NCBI GenBank assembly: GCA_965225945.1
Contig: CBDDBZ010000039.1
Coordinates: forward strand, 384,001-448,000
Direction: 5' to 3'
Length of the DNA: 64,000 nucleotides
DNA from: Alphaproteobacteria bacterium
Lineage (GTDB): Bacteria; Pseudomonadota; Alphaproteobacteria; GCA-2731375
The position numbers were made by a program, and so were the translations under genes. Shown piece after piece: positions 11,043 through 20,375 of this stretch. Numbering within the stretch: the stretch's first letter is position 1; every line of letters begins with the position of its first letter. Under the pieces are notes generated by a model, which was not told the origin of the DNA, made no database searches, and saw only the letters and a list, made by a program, of their open reading frames with translations.

Positions 11043-11066
11043 CTTCGCGCCATCCCGCACTATAAT
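11039..11066 (+). promoter_or_regulatory. Putative sigma70 promoter
   Basis: ATGACT-N16-TATAAT upstream of a GAGGAGG RBS. Confidence 0.4.
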
Positions 11067-11103
11067 TCGCCGTCTGAACGGCGCCCGGCCGCGAGGAGGG
11101 ACC

Positions 11104-11562
11104 ATGCTGAGCGAGGAGATGAAGCAACTGATCGCCACCACCCGGCTCTGCTTCGCCGCCACGGTGAACGCGGACGGGACGCCCAACCTCTCGCCCAAGG
11201 CGACGCTGATGGCGCTCGACGACCACCGAATCGCCTTCGCCAACATCGCCTCGCCGACGACGATCGCCAACCTCAAACGCAACCCGGCGATCGAGATCAA
11301 CATCGTCGACATCTTCCGCCGTCGCGGCTACCGCTTCGCCGGCAAGGCCGCGCTCGCCGAGCCGGGCGCGGCGGAATTCGAGACGGTGGCCGGCAAGCTC
11401 TGGGCCGCCGTCGGCCGAGATTACCCGGTGCACCAGGTCGTGGTGGTGACGGTGGAGCGGGCGCTTCCCGTCCTGTCGCCGGCCTATACCTTCGGTGGTG
11501 CCAGCGAGGACGAGCTGATCCCGCACTGGCAGGGCAACTACGGCGTGCGGCCGGCGGAGTAG
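11104..11562 (+). CDS. Pyridoxamine 5'-phosphate oxidase-like FMN-binding protein
   Basis: ATVNADGTPNLSPK, NLKRNP, RRRGYRF. Confidence 0.85.
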   Translation: MLSEEMKQLIATTRLCFAATVNADGTPNLSPKATLMALDDHRIAFANIASPTTIANLKRNPAIEINIVDIFRRRGYRFAGKAALAEPGAAEFETVAGKLWAAVGRDYPVHQVVVVTVERALPVLSPAYTFGGASEDELIPHWQGNYGVRPAE

Positions 11563-11587
11563 TCGATCGTCAAAAGTCCCTCGGCCG

Positions 11588-12373
11588 CTATCGGATCGCC
11601 CGGCCCTTGCGCTGGATGAACTCCGGGAAGGCATCCTCGGCCCGGGCGCCCGGGACCACGTCGCGGGTATAGACCCGCTCGTGGCTCCATTGCGTCTTCA
11701 GGTCGGCGCCGAGGTCCCTGAGCAGCAGCGCCTTCACCCCCCGCACCGAGGCGGCCTTGTTGGCGGCGATCATGCGCGCCAGTTCCATGGTCTTGGCGCG
11801 CAGCTCGGCGCGCGGCACCAGATGGTTCAAGAGGCCGATTGCGTGCGCCTCCTCGGGCTCCACCACGCGGCCGGAGAACAGCAGTTCCTTGGCCATCGGC
11901 CAGCCGACCTGGTTGGGCAACGTCCAGGTGGCGTTGATCCGACCGTAGGCGGCGGCGAGAAAGCGGAACTTGCTTCCCTCGCAGCCGATCCGGATGTCGA
12001 GCGCGGTGGCGAGCACGCTGGCGCCGCCGTAGGCGAGGCCGTTCATCATCCCGATGGTCGGCTTCGGACAGGTGGCGACGTCGTAGGTGCCCTCGGCCAG
12101 TATGACGCCCCGGGAAGCGCGCTCGGCCGGCGCCAAATTGACGTCGTTCTCGCGCTGCTCGTGGATGTCGCCACCGGCGGAGAAGGCCTTTTCGCCGGCT
12201 CCGGTGATGACGATGCAGTCGACCTGATCGTCGCGGCCCATGCGGCGGACGGCGTCATGCAGCTCCGAGGTGAGGCGGAAGTTCATCGCGTTCAACACCT
12301 CGGGCCGGTTCATGGTGAGGATCGCTACCCCGTCCGTCTTTTCCACCAGAATATGCTCAAATTCGCTCACCAC
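11588..12373 (-). CDS. Enoyl-CoA hydratase/isomerase family protein
   Basis: NRPEVLNA, AFSAGGDI, NGLAYGG. Confidence 0.9.
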   Translation of the reverse strand: MVSEFEHILVEKTDGVAILTMNRPEVLNAMNFRLTSELHDAVRRMGRDDQVDCIVITGAGEKAFSAGGDIHEQRENDVNLAPAERASRGVILAEGTYDVATCPKPTIGMMNGLAYGGASVLATALDIRIGCEGSKFRFLAAAYGRINATWTLPNQVGWPMAKELLFSGRVVEPEEAHAIGLLNHLVPRAELRAKTMELARMIAANKAASVRGVKALLLRDLGADLKTQWSHERVYTRDVVPGARAEDAFPEFIQRKGRAIR

Positions 12374-14070
12374 GCCTCTCCTCTCGCCGATAGTCGGGCC
12401 GGGTTATAGTCTCGGGTGTAGTAGCCGGCGAGGCGGTCGGCCTCCAGGTCCTCGGGCGCCCGCTGGCTCACCGGACCGAAGCCGGCGCCCCCCGCTGAGC
12501 AGACCTCGATGATGTCGCCGGCGGCAAGCGGAATGCGTTCGTCCTTGGTCAGCAACGGCGGCGTATAGATCTCCCCGTCGCGCCGCCGTATTCGGAAGCG
12601 CGTCAGCGCGCCGTCGTCTCCGCCGTCGTGGCCGCGCGGCGGAAAGCGGCCGCGATCGCCCAGCAGCGAGACCACGGCCTCTCCCCTCAGTAGCTCGATC
12701 GCCATGTCGACCCCGAAGCCGCCACGCCGCCGGCCCCGTCCGCCCGAATTCTCGCGCAAGCGAAAGTGACGCACCCGGTAGGGATAGCGGCTCTCGTAGA
12801 TCTCCATCGGCGTCATTCGCGCGGTCGAATGCAGCGAGCAGCCGTTGCTGATTCCATCGCCGTGTTCGTGGCCGCCGTAGCCGCCGCCGAAGTATAGATA
12901 GAGCACGTAGTCGCCGATTTCCTCGTCATGGCCGCCGACGGTGACGTTGACGGTGCTGGAGAAGCAGCCGGCGGTGATCCGCTCCGGCACCGATTGGGCC
13001 AGCGCGCCGAACACCACGTCGATGATCCGCTGCGAGACCTCGGCCGTGGAGCCGGAGACGGGTCGCGGCGGGTCGGCGTTCAGGAAGGTGCTCTTGGGCG
13101 CGATGACCTTCACCGGCTTGAAAGCGCCGGCGTTTATCGGCACCTCCGTGAAGACGTGCTTCAAGGCGACGTGACAGGCCGAGACGGTCGACGACCAGAC
13201 CGAGTTGAAGGGCCCCTTGCAGGGCGGCGAGGACCGGGAGAAGTCCAGCGTCATATCGCTCCCCGAGACGGTCAGGCGGAGGTGGATGTCGAGGGCCCCT
13301 GGGTCGACCCCGTCGCTGTCCATGTGGTCGAGATATTCGTAGACGCCGTCGGGAAACTCCGTGATGTGGGAGCGCATGACCGCTTCCGCGCGGGCAAACA
13401 TCTCGTCGACCGTGCGCTCGATGACGTCGCGCCCGAAGCGGGCGACCAGGCCGTCCAGCCGGTGGGCGCCGAGACGGAGCGCCGTCACCTGGGCGTGGAT
13501 ATCGCCGAGCCGGGGCTTCGGCACCCGGACGTTTTCCAGGATCAGCGTCACCATCTCCTCGTCCAACTCGCCCTCGCGGTAGAGCCGGACCGGCGGCAGC
13601 ACCAGGCCTTCCTGGAAGATCTCGGTCGCCCGGGCCGGGAAGCCGCCGGGGACCGAGCCGCCGATGTCGGGCCAGTGGCCGGTGTTGGCGAGAAGCGCGA
13701 ACAGCTCGCCCTCGACGAAATGCGGCATCACCATCTTGACGTCCATCAGATGCGTGCCGCCCAGGTAGGGGCTGTTGACGATATAGATGTCGCCCGGGCT
13801 GAACCGGCGCCGGCCCTCGATGCTGGCGAGGACGCCCTGGGCCGTGTGCTGCATGACCGAGACGAAGAGTGGCAGGCTGTCCTCGCCCTGGGCGATCACC
13901 TCGCCGGTCCGCGGGTGATAGAGGCCGCTTGCCACGTCCTTGCCCTCGGCGATGATCGGCGAGAAGGCGGTGGAGACGAAGGCGGTGTCCATTTCCGTCG
14001 TCAGTTCTTGAAGCGCGCCTCGGACCACGGCGAAAGTCAGGGGATCGATCGCATCGTACGCTTCCGTCAT
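12367..14070 (-). CDS. Hydantoinase B / oxoprolinase family protein
   Basis: AFSPIIAEGKD, GGTHLMD, HWPDIGGSVPG, GGFG. Confidence 0.92.
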   Translation of the reverse strand: MTEAYDAIDPLTFAVVRGALQELTTEMDTAFVSTAFSPIIAEGKDVASGLYHPRTGEVIAQGEDSLPLFVSVMQHTAQGVLASIEGRRRFSPGDIYIVNSPYLGGTHLMDVKMVMPHFVEGELFALLANTGHWPDIGGSVPGGFPARATEIFQEGLVLPPVRLYREGELDEEMVTLILENVRVPKPRLGDIHAQVTALRLGAHRLDGLVARFGRDVIERTVDEMFARAEAVMRSHITEFPDGVYEYLDHMDSDGVDPGALDIHLRLTVSGSDMTLDFSRSSPPCKGPFNSVWSSTVSACHVALKHVFTEVPINAGAFKPVKVIAPKSTFLNADPPRPVSGSTAEVSQRIIDVVFGALAQSVPERITAGCFSSTVNVTVGGHDEEIGDYVLYLYFGGGYGGHEHGDGISNGCSLHSTARMTPMEIYESRYPYRVRHFRLRENSGGRGRRRGGFGVDMAIELLRGEAVVSLLGDRGRFPPRGHDGGDDGALTRFRIRRRDGEIYTPPLLTKDERIPLAAGDIIEVCSAGGAGFGPVSQRAPEDLEADRLAGYYTRDYNPARLSARGEAW

Positions 14071-16103
14071 GTCGCCCCCCACTCTCGGCCGACCCGCCCG
14101 AGCCCCAGGGTGCCGCCGGCGAGCACGCGCGCGCGGAAGCCCGGCGCCACCAGGATCGTCGCATCCGATTGCGCGATGATCGCCGGGCCCGCCACCGCCG
14201 CCCCCTCCACGAGCGCGCTCCGCGCGATCACCGGCGCCCGATGCCAGACACCTCGCCAGCGCACCTCGCGTTCGCTCACCGCGCTCGGCCCCGTCGCCAC
14301 CGGCCTGGGGAGCGTCCGGTCCGGGCGAAGGCCGCGAACGGTGGTGCGAATCGCGGTGATGGTCACCGGAAATTCGCTCAGCACCGTCGTGAAGCGACGG
14401 CGATAGGTCTCGGTGAAGGCCGCTTCCAGGCCGGCCACGTCGATCTCGGGTCCGGCGGCCACGACGTCGACGGCGTGCGCCTGACCCAGATAGCAGCAGG
14501 CCACGGCGTGCTCGACCTCGATCGAGCGGAGCGGCGCCCCGGCGCCGGCGACGCGCTCGCGGCCGAGATCGGCCTGCCGCCGCCAGCTCGCGCGGACCTC
14601 CTCGAGGCTCCGCTCCGTCAGCGGCAACATCGCCGTCCGGACGAAATCCTGGCGCAGGTCGCAGATCAGACAGCCGAGCGCCGAGGTGGCCCCCGGATAG
14701 GACGGCACCAAGGCCGTCGGCGCGGCGAGCTCGTCCATCAGGCCGCAGGCATGGAGCGCGCCGGCCCCGCCGAAGAGCACCAGGGCGAAATCGCGCGGAT
14801 CATGACCCCGCTCGGTGGAGATCCTGCGAAGCGCGCCGGCCACGTGCTGCTCGGCGACACCGACGATGGCCTCGGCCGCCGCTTCCAACGACAAATCGAG
14901 GGCGGCGGCGATCTCGCCCACCGCCGTCGCAGCCGGCGTGCGCCTGAGGTTCGGCCCGCCATGGGTGCCCAGCACCGTCGCCTCGCCGAGCCGCCCGAGG
15001 ATGAGCTGCGCGTCCGTCACGGTCGCCCGCGCGCCACCCTGGTCGTAGCAGGCGGGACCGGGTTCGGCGCCCGCGCTTTCCGGCCCGACGCGCAGCAGCC
15101 CGCCGCGGTCGATCCAGGCGATGGAGCCGCCGCCGGCGCCGATCGAGCGCACGTCGACCATTGGTCGCCAGATCGGCAGGCCGAACTCCAGCTCGCTCTG
15201 CGCCCGCATCGAGGGCAGGCCCGCGTCGATCAGCCCGATGTCGCAACTGGTGCCGCCGATATCGCAGCCGAGCGCTTTTTCGAAACCGGCCTCGGCGGCG
15301 ATGCGGGCGGCGGCGGCGACGCCCGCGGCCGGGCCCGAGAGGATCGAGGCGACCGGCAGCCGGGCCGATTCCGACCAGGGGACGGCGCCGCCGTTGGACT
15401 GCGCGACCAGCAGATCGTGGCGAAAACCGGCCGCGCCCAGGCGGTCCGAGAGCGCGCCCAGATAGCGCGCCATCACCGGCTGCACATAGGTATTGATCGC
15501 CGCCGTCGTCGTCCGCTCGAACTCCCGCGCCTCTTCCGAAATGTCGCTCGCCACGGTCAGCCGGTCCGCCGGCCAGCCGAGCGCAACCAAGCGGTCCGCC
15601 AGTCGTCGTTCCTCGGCGCCGTTGCGGTAGCCGTTGAAGAGGCTGATCACCAGCGCTTCCGCCTCCACCTCGCGCAGGCGATCGACGATTTGCCTGAGTT
15701 CCGCGTCGTCGGCTCGGCTCAGGACCCGGCCCGAAGCGTCGAGCGCGACCGAGGCCTCGAGCCGGCGGTGGCGGGGGATCAGCGGCGTGAATGTCGCCTT
15801 CAGGCCATAGGCGTTCGGCCGGTCGCGGCGCCTGAGCTCCAGCACGTCGCGGAAGCCTCGGCTGGTCAGCAGCGCCGCGCGGCAGCCCTTGCGCTCGATC
15901 AGCGCGTTGACGGCGACAGTGGTGCCGTGCACGGCGGCCTCGATTCCGCCGACGTCAATGCCGGCGCCGTCGAGCGCGGCCATGAAGCCCAGCGACTGAT
16001 CGGCCGTGGTGCTCGGCACCTTGGCGACGCGGATCGCGCCGTCGGCCGGATCCACGGCGACGAGATCGGTGAAGGTGCCGCCGATGTCAACGCCGATCTC
16101 CAT
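14067..16103 (-). CDS. Hydantoinase A / oxoprolinase family protein
   Basis: GVDIGGTFTD, HGTTVAVN, SGPAAG, DIGGTS, SIGAGGGS. Confidence 0.93.
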   Translation of the reverse strand: MEIGVDIGGTFTDLVAVDPADGAIRVAKVPSTTADQSLGFMAALDGAGIDVGGIEAAVHGTTVAVNALIERKGCRAALLTSRGFRDVLELRRRDRPNAYGLKATFTPLIPRHRRLEASVALDASGRVLSRADDAELRQIVDRLREVEAEALVISLFNGYRNGAEERRLADRLVALGWPADRLTVASDISEEAREFERTTTAAINTYVQPVMARYLGALSDRLGAAGFRHDLLVAQSNGGAVPWSESARLPVASILSGPAAGVAAAARIAAEAGFEKALGCDIGGTSCDIGLIDAGLPSMRAQSELEFGLPIWRPMVDVRSIGAGGGSIAWIDRGGLLRVGPESAGAEPGPACYDQGGARATVTDAQLILGRLGEATVLGTHGGPNLRRTPAATAVGEIAAALDLSLEAAAEAIVGVAEQHVAGALRRISTERGHDPRDFALVLFGGAGALHACGLMDELAAPTALVPSYPGATSALGCLICDLRQDFVRTAMLPLTERSLEEVRASWRRQADLGRERVAGAGAPLRSIEVEHAVACCYLGQAHAVDVVAAGPEIDVAGLEAAFTETYRRRFTTVLSEFPVTITAIRTTVRGLRPDRTLPRPVATGPSAVSEREVRWRGVWHRAPVIARSALVEGAAVAGPAIIAQSDATILVAPGFRARVLAGGTLGLGRVGREWGAT

Positions 16104-16291
16104 GCCCCGCCGTCCCCGCCGCCGTCTCCGGAGCCAGCCTAGCGCGTTATCGGCGCGGACTGAACCGTCCGCTTCCTCGGGGGCTAACAGCGTTGGACAT
16201 GAACCTCGACCACGTCGGCTCGACGGCTTGGCGATCGCGGCCGTTGGCCTATCATCCGAGCCGACGGCGGCAAACAACCAGGGGAGGTCGA

Positions 16292-16939
16292 ATGACTCAA
16301 TTACGCGTCGGATTCGTCGGCGACAGCATCACCAACGGCACCGGTGACGAGACCCTGCTCGGCTGGACCCTACGACTGGGCCAGGCCGAGCGGGCGCGCG
16401 GCCACGACGTCACCGTCTATAACCTGGGGGTTCGCGCCGATACCTCGGAAATGGTCCAGGCGCGCTGGGAGGCCGAGTGCGCGGCCCGGCTGCAACCGGC
16501 TTACGCCTGCGCCACCGTCTTCGCCCTCGGCATCAACGACAGCGCCCACGAAAAAAGCGCGGACAACGACGGCTTGCGGGTTCCGCTGGAACGCTCGGTC
16601 GAGATCATCGCGGGCATGGCGAGGGCGGCGCGGCGGTTCGGCCCCGTGCTCTGGATCGGGCCGACGCCGATCGAGGAATCCTTCATGCCGCTTTGGCCCT
16701 TCGCCGGGTTGAGCTTCGCCTTCGAGAACCCGGTCATCGCCGAATACGGCCGCGCCTACGCCGCGGGCGCGGGCGAGATCGACGTGCCCTACCTCGATCT
16801 CTTCGCCGCGCTGGCGGATGATTCGGCCTGGTACGCGATGCTGGGCAAGACCGACGGGCTGCACCCGAACGCCGAGGGCTACGAGCAGTTGACCGCGCTG
16901 ATCGCCGCCTGGCCGGCGTGGCGCGCGCTGCTGGATTGA
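16292..16939 (+). CDS. SGNH/GDSL hydrolase
   Basis: GDSI, NLGV, GIND and DGLHPN blocks. Confidence 0.9.
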   Translation: MTQLRVGFVGDSITNGTGDETLLGWTLRLGQAERARGHDVTVYNLGVRADTSEMVQARWEAECAARLQPAYACATVFALGINDSAHEKSADNDGLRVPLERSVEIIAGMARAARRFGPVLWIGPTPIEESFMPLWPFAGLSFAFENPVIAEYGRAYAAGAGEIDVPYLDLFAALADDSAWYAMLGKTDGLHPNAEGYEQLTALIAAWPAWRALLD

Positions 16940-16967
16940 GCCGGACGATAGCGCTCGGGCCGCGACC

Positions 16968-17426
16968 ATGACCGAGATCTACGTCGACGCGGACGCCTGC
17001 CCGGTCAAGCACGAGGTGCTGCGGGTGGCCGAGCGCCACGGCTTGCACGTCCATATGGTTACCAACCAGGGCTACAACGCGCGCGGTCAGCCGCTGATTC
17101 ATGGCGTCATGGTGCCCCAGACGCCGGATGCCGCCGACGACTGGATCGCCGGCCACATCGGCCCCGCCGACGTGGCGGTGACGGCGGACATTCCGCTCGC
17201 CGACCGTTGCCTGAAGACCGGCGCCCGGGTGCTCGGCCCAACCGGGCGGCGCTTTACGGCGGACAACATCGGCGGCGCGCTCGCCACCCGCGACCTCTTG
17301 GCCCGGCTTCGCGAAACGGGCGAGATCCGGGGCCGAAACCCCGGCTTTTCGCGCCACGACCGCTCGCGCTTCCTGGAGGCCCTGGAGGCGACGGTGCGCG
17401 CCGCGACGGGAAAGAGCGGTGGCTGA
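16968..17426 (+). CDS. YaiI/YqxD (UPF0178) family protein
   Basis: IYVDADACPVK, DAADDWI, VTADIPLA. Confidence 0.92.
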   Translation: MTEIYVDADACPVKHEVLRVAERHGLHVHMVTNQGYNARGQPLIHGVMVPQTPDAADDWIAGHIGPADVAVTADIPLADRCLKTGARVLGPTGRRFTADNIGGALATRDLLARLRETGEIRGRNPGFSRHDRSRFLEALEATVRAATGKSGG

Positions 17427-17875
17427 GGGCGGGCGCGGCTTGAAGAGGAATTTCTGCCCGTTGGCCTCGACCTCGGGCGCCGGCGAAGCAGGCATTGAAG
17501 AAGGCGAGCGTCTCGTCCGTAATGCGTCCCCGCGCCCGCCGGTCGACGCCGAGGGCCTGAAACTCCGCCGCCATCCAGCCGACGCCCGCGCCGACGACCA
17601 GGCGATTGCCGCTGAGTTCCTGGATCGTCGCGATCTGCTTGGCCGTCGCCAGCGCTGCGCGGTAGGGCAGAATCAAGACGGCGAAGCCCAGGGTGACGCG
17701 CGTCGTGATCCCGGCGAGCCAGGCGAGCGTCGCCAGGGTGTCCATATAGCGCCCGCCGCTGCCCTCGGCGTCGTCTGGCGGGATGGCGAGGTGATTGGTA
17801 GTCCAGATCGATTCGACCCCGGCCGCCTCGGCGGCGAGCGCGCAGGCGGCCATCGTCCCGGCCGTCGACTCGCTC
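17427..17875 (-). pseudogene. LLM-class (F420-type) oxidoreductase remnant
   Basis: AAEAAGVESIWTTNHLAIP...LSGNRLVVGAGVGWMAAEF; frameshift near 17480; N-terminus and C-terminal half missing. Confidence 0.75.
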
Positions 17876-18160
17876 CGGCGCGATCGCGCGATCACCCGGC
17901 TTGCGCCCGGTTTGGGAGGCTCGCGCGCGGCGAACCCTCACGAAAATCGGCGATTCACGCGCCAAGACGACGTTTTCGAATGCATACATCTCAGGGTCTG
18001 AATATGCGTGAGACAAGCAAAGCATTGATGGTCAACGCCGTTTGGGCTTCACCCCGGCATGACGGGATTTCGTTTTGCAAAATCGGCGATATTCGGAAGT
18101 ATACAATTATTCCTATATATATCGAAATAGTTTTTAGGCTGCACGCGGCTCGTTGTTTTC

Positions 18161-18338
18161 GTCGAATATCCCGGCTGGCCGAGTATCGCGAACCTTCGCA
18201 TCTCGGGCGACGTGCCCACCCCGTGTCCGAGCCCTCGCCCTCGAACCGCCGCCGCCCGTATCCCGGGCTCGGACCTCTCCTCGAATACGGGATGTCCCGA
18301 CGAGCGGCCCGGGCGATATCTCCTACCATGGGTTCGAC
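18161..18338. repeat. Long imperfect inverted repeat (hairpin H1)
   Basis: Nested arms GTCGAA/TTCGAC, ATATC/GATAT, GGCCG/CGGCC and perfect GTCCGAGCCC/GGGCTCGGAC. Confidence 0.55.
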
Positions 18339-18445
18339 GGTGGGGTGTGGGAAGACGCTATGGTCGGGAATCGGGCGTGGAATTCAATTTTCAAGACGCG
18401 ACCGCCCAGCCTGCGACCCCCCAGCCCGCGCTATTTGCGCCTGCC

Positions 18446-18569
18446 CTTCTCATCTTCAATGGTGAGCGCGGCGCCGAGCACTGTAAAGGCGGAGCCTTCG
18501 GCTCCCCGCTTCGCGGCTTACGGCCTTGACAGCGCCCGTCCCCACACTCCGACGCTCCTCCATGAGAAG
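18446..18569 (-). promoter_or_regulatory. Branched hairpin element A (ssDNA promoter/origin-like)
   Basis: Minus strand CTGTCAAGGC..CCGC-GAA-GCGG-GGAGCC-GAA-GGCTCC-GCCTTTACAG; TTTACA-N17-CACCAT; outer arms CTTCTCAT/ATGAGAAG. Confidence 0.6.
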
Positions 18570-18667
18570 AATGGTGGAGAGTAGACCATGGTATCCATTT
18601 TCTCGGCGACGTGGCGATCCCGCCGCCAATTTCGATCATGTCGAGCAACTTCCATCGGATCCCCTCC

Positions 18668-18824
18668 CCTTCCGCCGCACCGAACCATCGATGGCACGGC
18701 GGAGCGGGAAAGGCGGGCGACGCCGCTAGTCAAGGCCGCGGCCGCGCAGCGGTGGCCCGAAGGGCCAGCCTTTACTCGCGGCGGCGCTCGCCGGATCATC
18801 GAGCACGCCATCGACGGCGGAAGG
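18668..18824 (+). promoter_or_regulatory. Branched hairpin element B (inverted homolog of A)
   Basis: AGTCAAGGC..CCGC-GCA-GCGG-TGGCCC-GAA-GGGCCA-GCCTTTACT; TTTACT-N17-GATCAT; outer arms CCTTCCGCCG/CGGCGGAAGG. Confidence 0.6.
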
Positions 18825-18860
18825 ACGAGCACCTTTGCGGGATCATCGGGCCGATAGTAG

Positions 18861-18945
18861 AGCGGAAAGGGGGTCTTGTACTTTAATCGCCGACGGTGCC
18901 TGGGCTTGTAAAAGTACAACGACACCTTTTTCGATTTCTCCCGCT
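18861..18945. repeat. Inverted repeat (hairpin H4)
   Basis: AAAGGGGGTC-TTGTACTTT (core 18876-18884) ... AAAGTACAA-CGACACCTTT (core 18911-18919). Confidence 0.6.
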
Positions 18946-19072
18946 GGCGGGAACCTCGATCGCCGAACCGATGGCCCGCCATGGTCCCTTCGTCATGAAC
19001 ACCCGTGACGAGCCGACCGCCGCCCTCGACGATTACCGCTCGGGACCCATGGGGACGATCGCGCGGAGCTGA
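18944..19072 (+). pseudogene. Pirin family C-terminal remnant
   Basis: LAGTSIAEPMARHGPFVMNTRDEPTAALDDYRSGPMGTIARS*; GPFVMNT is the pirin C-terminal signature. Confidence 0.8.
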
Positions 19073-19183
19073 CGCACCGTCCCCGCTCTTCCCTCGATTT
19101 TCCGTGCCTGGAGGGAAAAACTCATGCAAGAAGCAAGACCTGACCCTCGAACCTTTGACCCCTCGCAGTTAGGCAAAATCAAA

Positions 19184-20213
19184 CCTGATTACGCACTTTA
19201 CTCAGCCGGATTGATGTGGTATAAATCGTGAACATTTGGTGGTTTTACAGGAGATTCACGATGCCACGCAACAAGGTTCAGTTCCAGAAGGGGCTCAGCG
19301 AGCCGCGTTTTCGTGAGTTGTACGGTACCGAGGAGCAGTGTCGCGAGGCCCTGTTCCGCTGGCGCTGGCCGGAGTGGTTCGCCTGCCCCCGATGTGGCGC
19401 CACGCGCCATTGCGAGATCGCCGGGCGAAAACTTTACCAATGCGCCGCCTGCCGTCATCAAGTTTCGCTGACCGCCGGCACGCTCTTCCACGCGACCAAG
19501 CTGGCGCTGACCCTGTGGTTCTCGGCGATCTATCACATGACCCAATCGAAGAAAGGGATCTCCTCCCTCGAACTCGGCCGGCGGCTCGGCGTCACCCAGA
19601 CCACGGCCTGGAAGATCAAGCAGAAACTGATGCAGTCCATGCTCGAGCGCGATGCCAAATTGCCGCTCACCGGGCGGGTGGAGATGGACGATGCCTACCT
19701 CGGCGGCCGGCGTTCCGGGGCCAAGCGCGGCCGGGGCGCGCCGGGCAAGACGCCGTTCGTCGCCGCCGTCCAGACCACGGCGGAGGGCCAGCCCGTGCGC
19801 ATCAAGCTCCGCCGCGTCAAGGGCTTCCGCAAGAGCGAGATCGCCAAGATGGCCAAGCGCGACCTGAGCCCGCTGGCGACGGTTGTCAGCGATGGGCTCG
19901 GCTGCTTCACCGCGGTCACCGCGTAAGGCTGTGCGCACCATCCGATACCCACCGGCTCCGGACCCGGGGCCGTCGCCGTGCCCGCCTTCAAATGGGTCAA
20001 CACCACCCTCGGCAACCTCAAAAACACCCTGCGCGGTACCTACCATGCGATCCGACCCAAGCATGTGCCGCGCTATCTGGCGGCGTTCCAGTACCGATAC
20101 AACCGCCGCTACCGGCTCGCCGACATGATCGAAGCCCTCGGCCGCGATGCCCTGCGCACGCCGCCCATGCCATATCGGCTCCTGAAGTTGGCTGAGGTTA
20201 GTGCGTAATCAGG
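19184..20213 (+). mobile_element. IS1595-family insertion sequence, copy 1
   Basis: TIRs CCTGATTACGCACT/AGTGCGTAATCAGG; 8-bp target duplication AAATCAAA on both sides. Confidence 0.95.
19261..20208 (+). pseudogene. IS1595 transposase with an in-frame TAA at 19924-19926
   Basis: Zn ribbon CPRC/CAAC, VEMDDAYLGG, SDG, NTTLGNLK, YRYNRR. Confidence 0.92.
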
Positions 20214-20256
20214 AAATCAAATGTAAGCGAGACGGGAATCTACACTGCCGGCTCCC

Positions 20257-20286
20257 TTGAAAGCTTATACACTGACGGTGTATGAT
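20257..20286 (+). promoter_or_regulatory. Putative promoter with embedded palindromic operator
   Basis: TTGAAA-N18-TATGAT overlapping ATACAC-N5-GTGTAT (20267-20283). Confidence 0.55.
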
Positions 20287-20375
20287 TTTCGTCAGCGGCT
20301 CGGAGGGAGATTCCGGGCCCCCGCACGACCGCCGCTACTACCCCGATGCGCGCCCGCCTGTTTGTAGGAGCACAA

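Noticed and set aside
17991-19129. ORF-track proteins across the hairpin region
   Set aside because: No recognisable motifs, shadow-like composition, and they overlap each other on both strands
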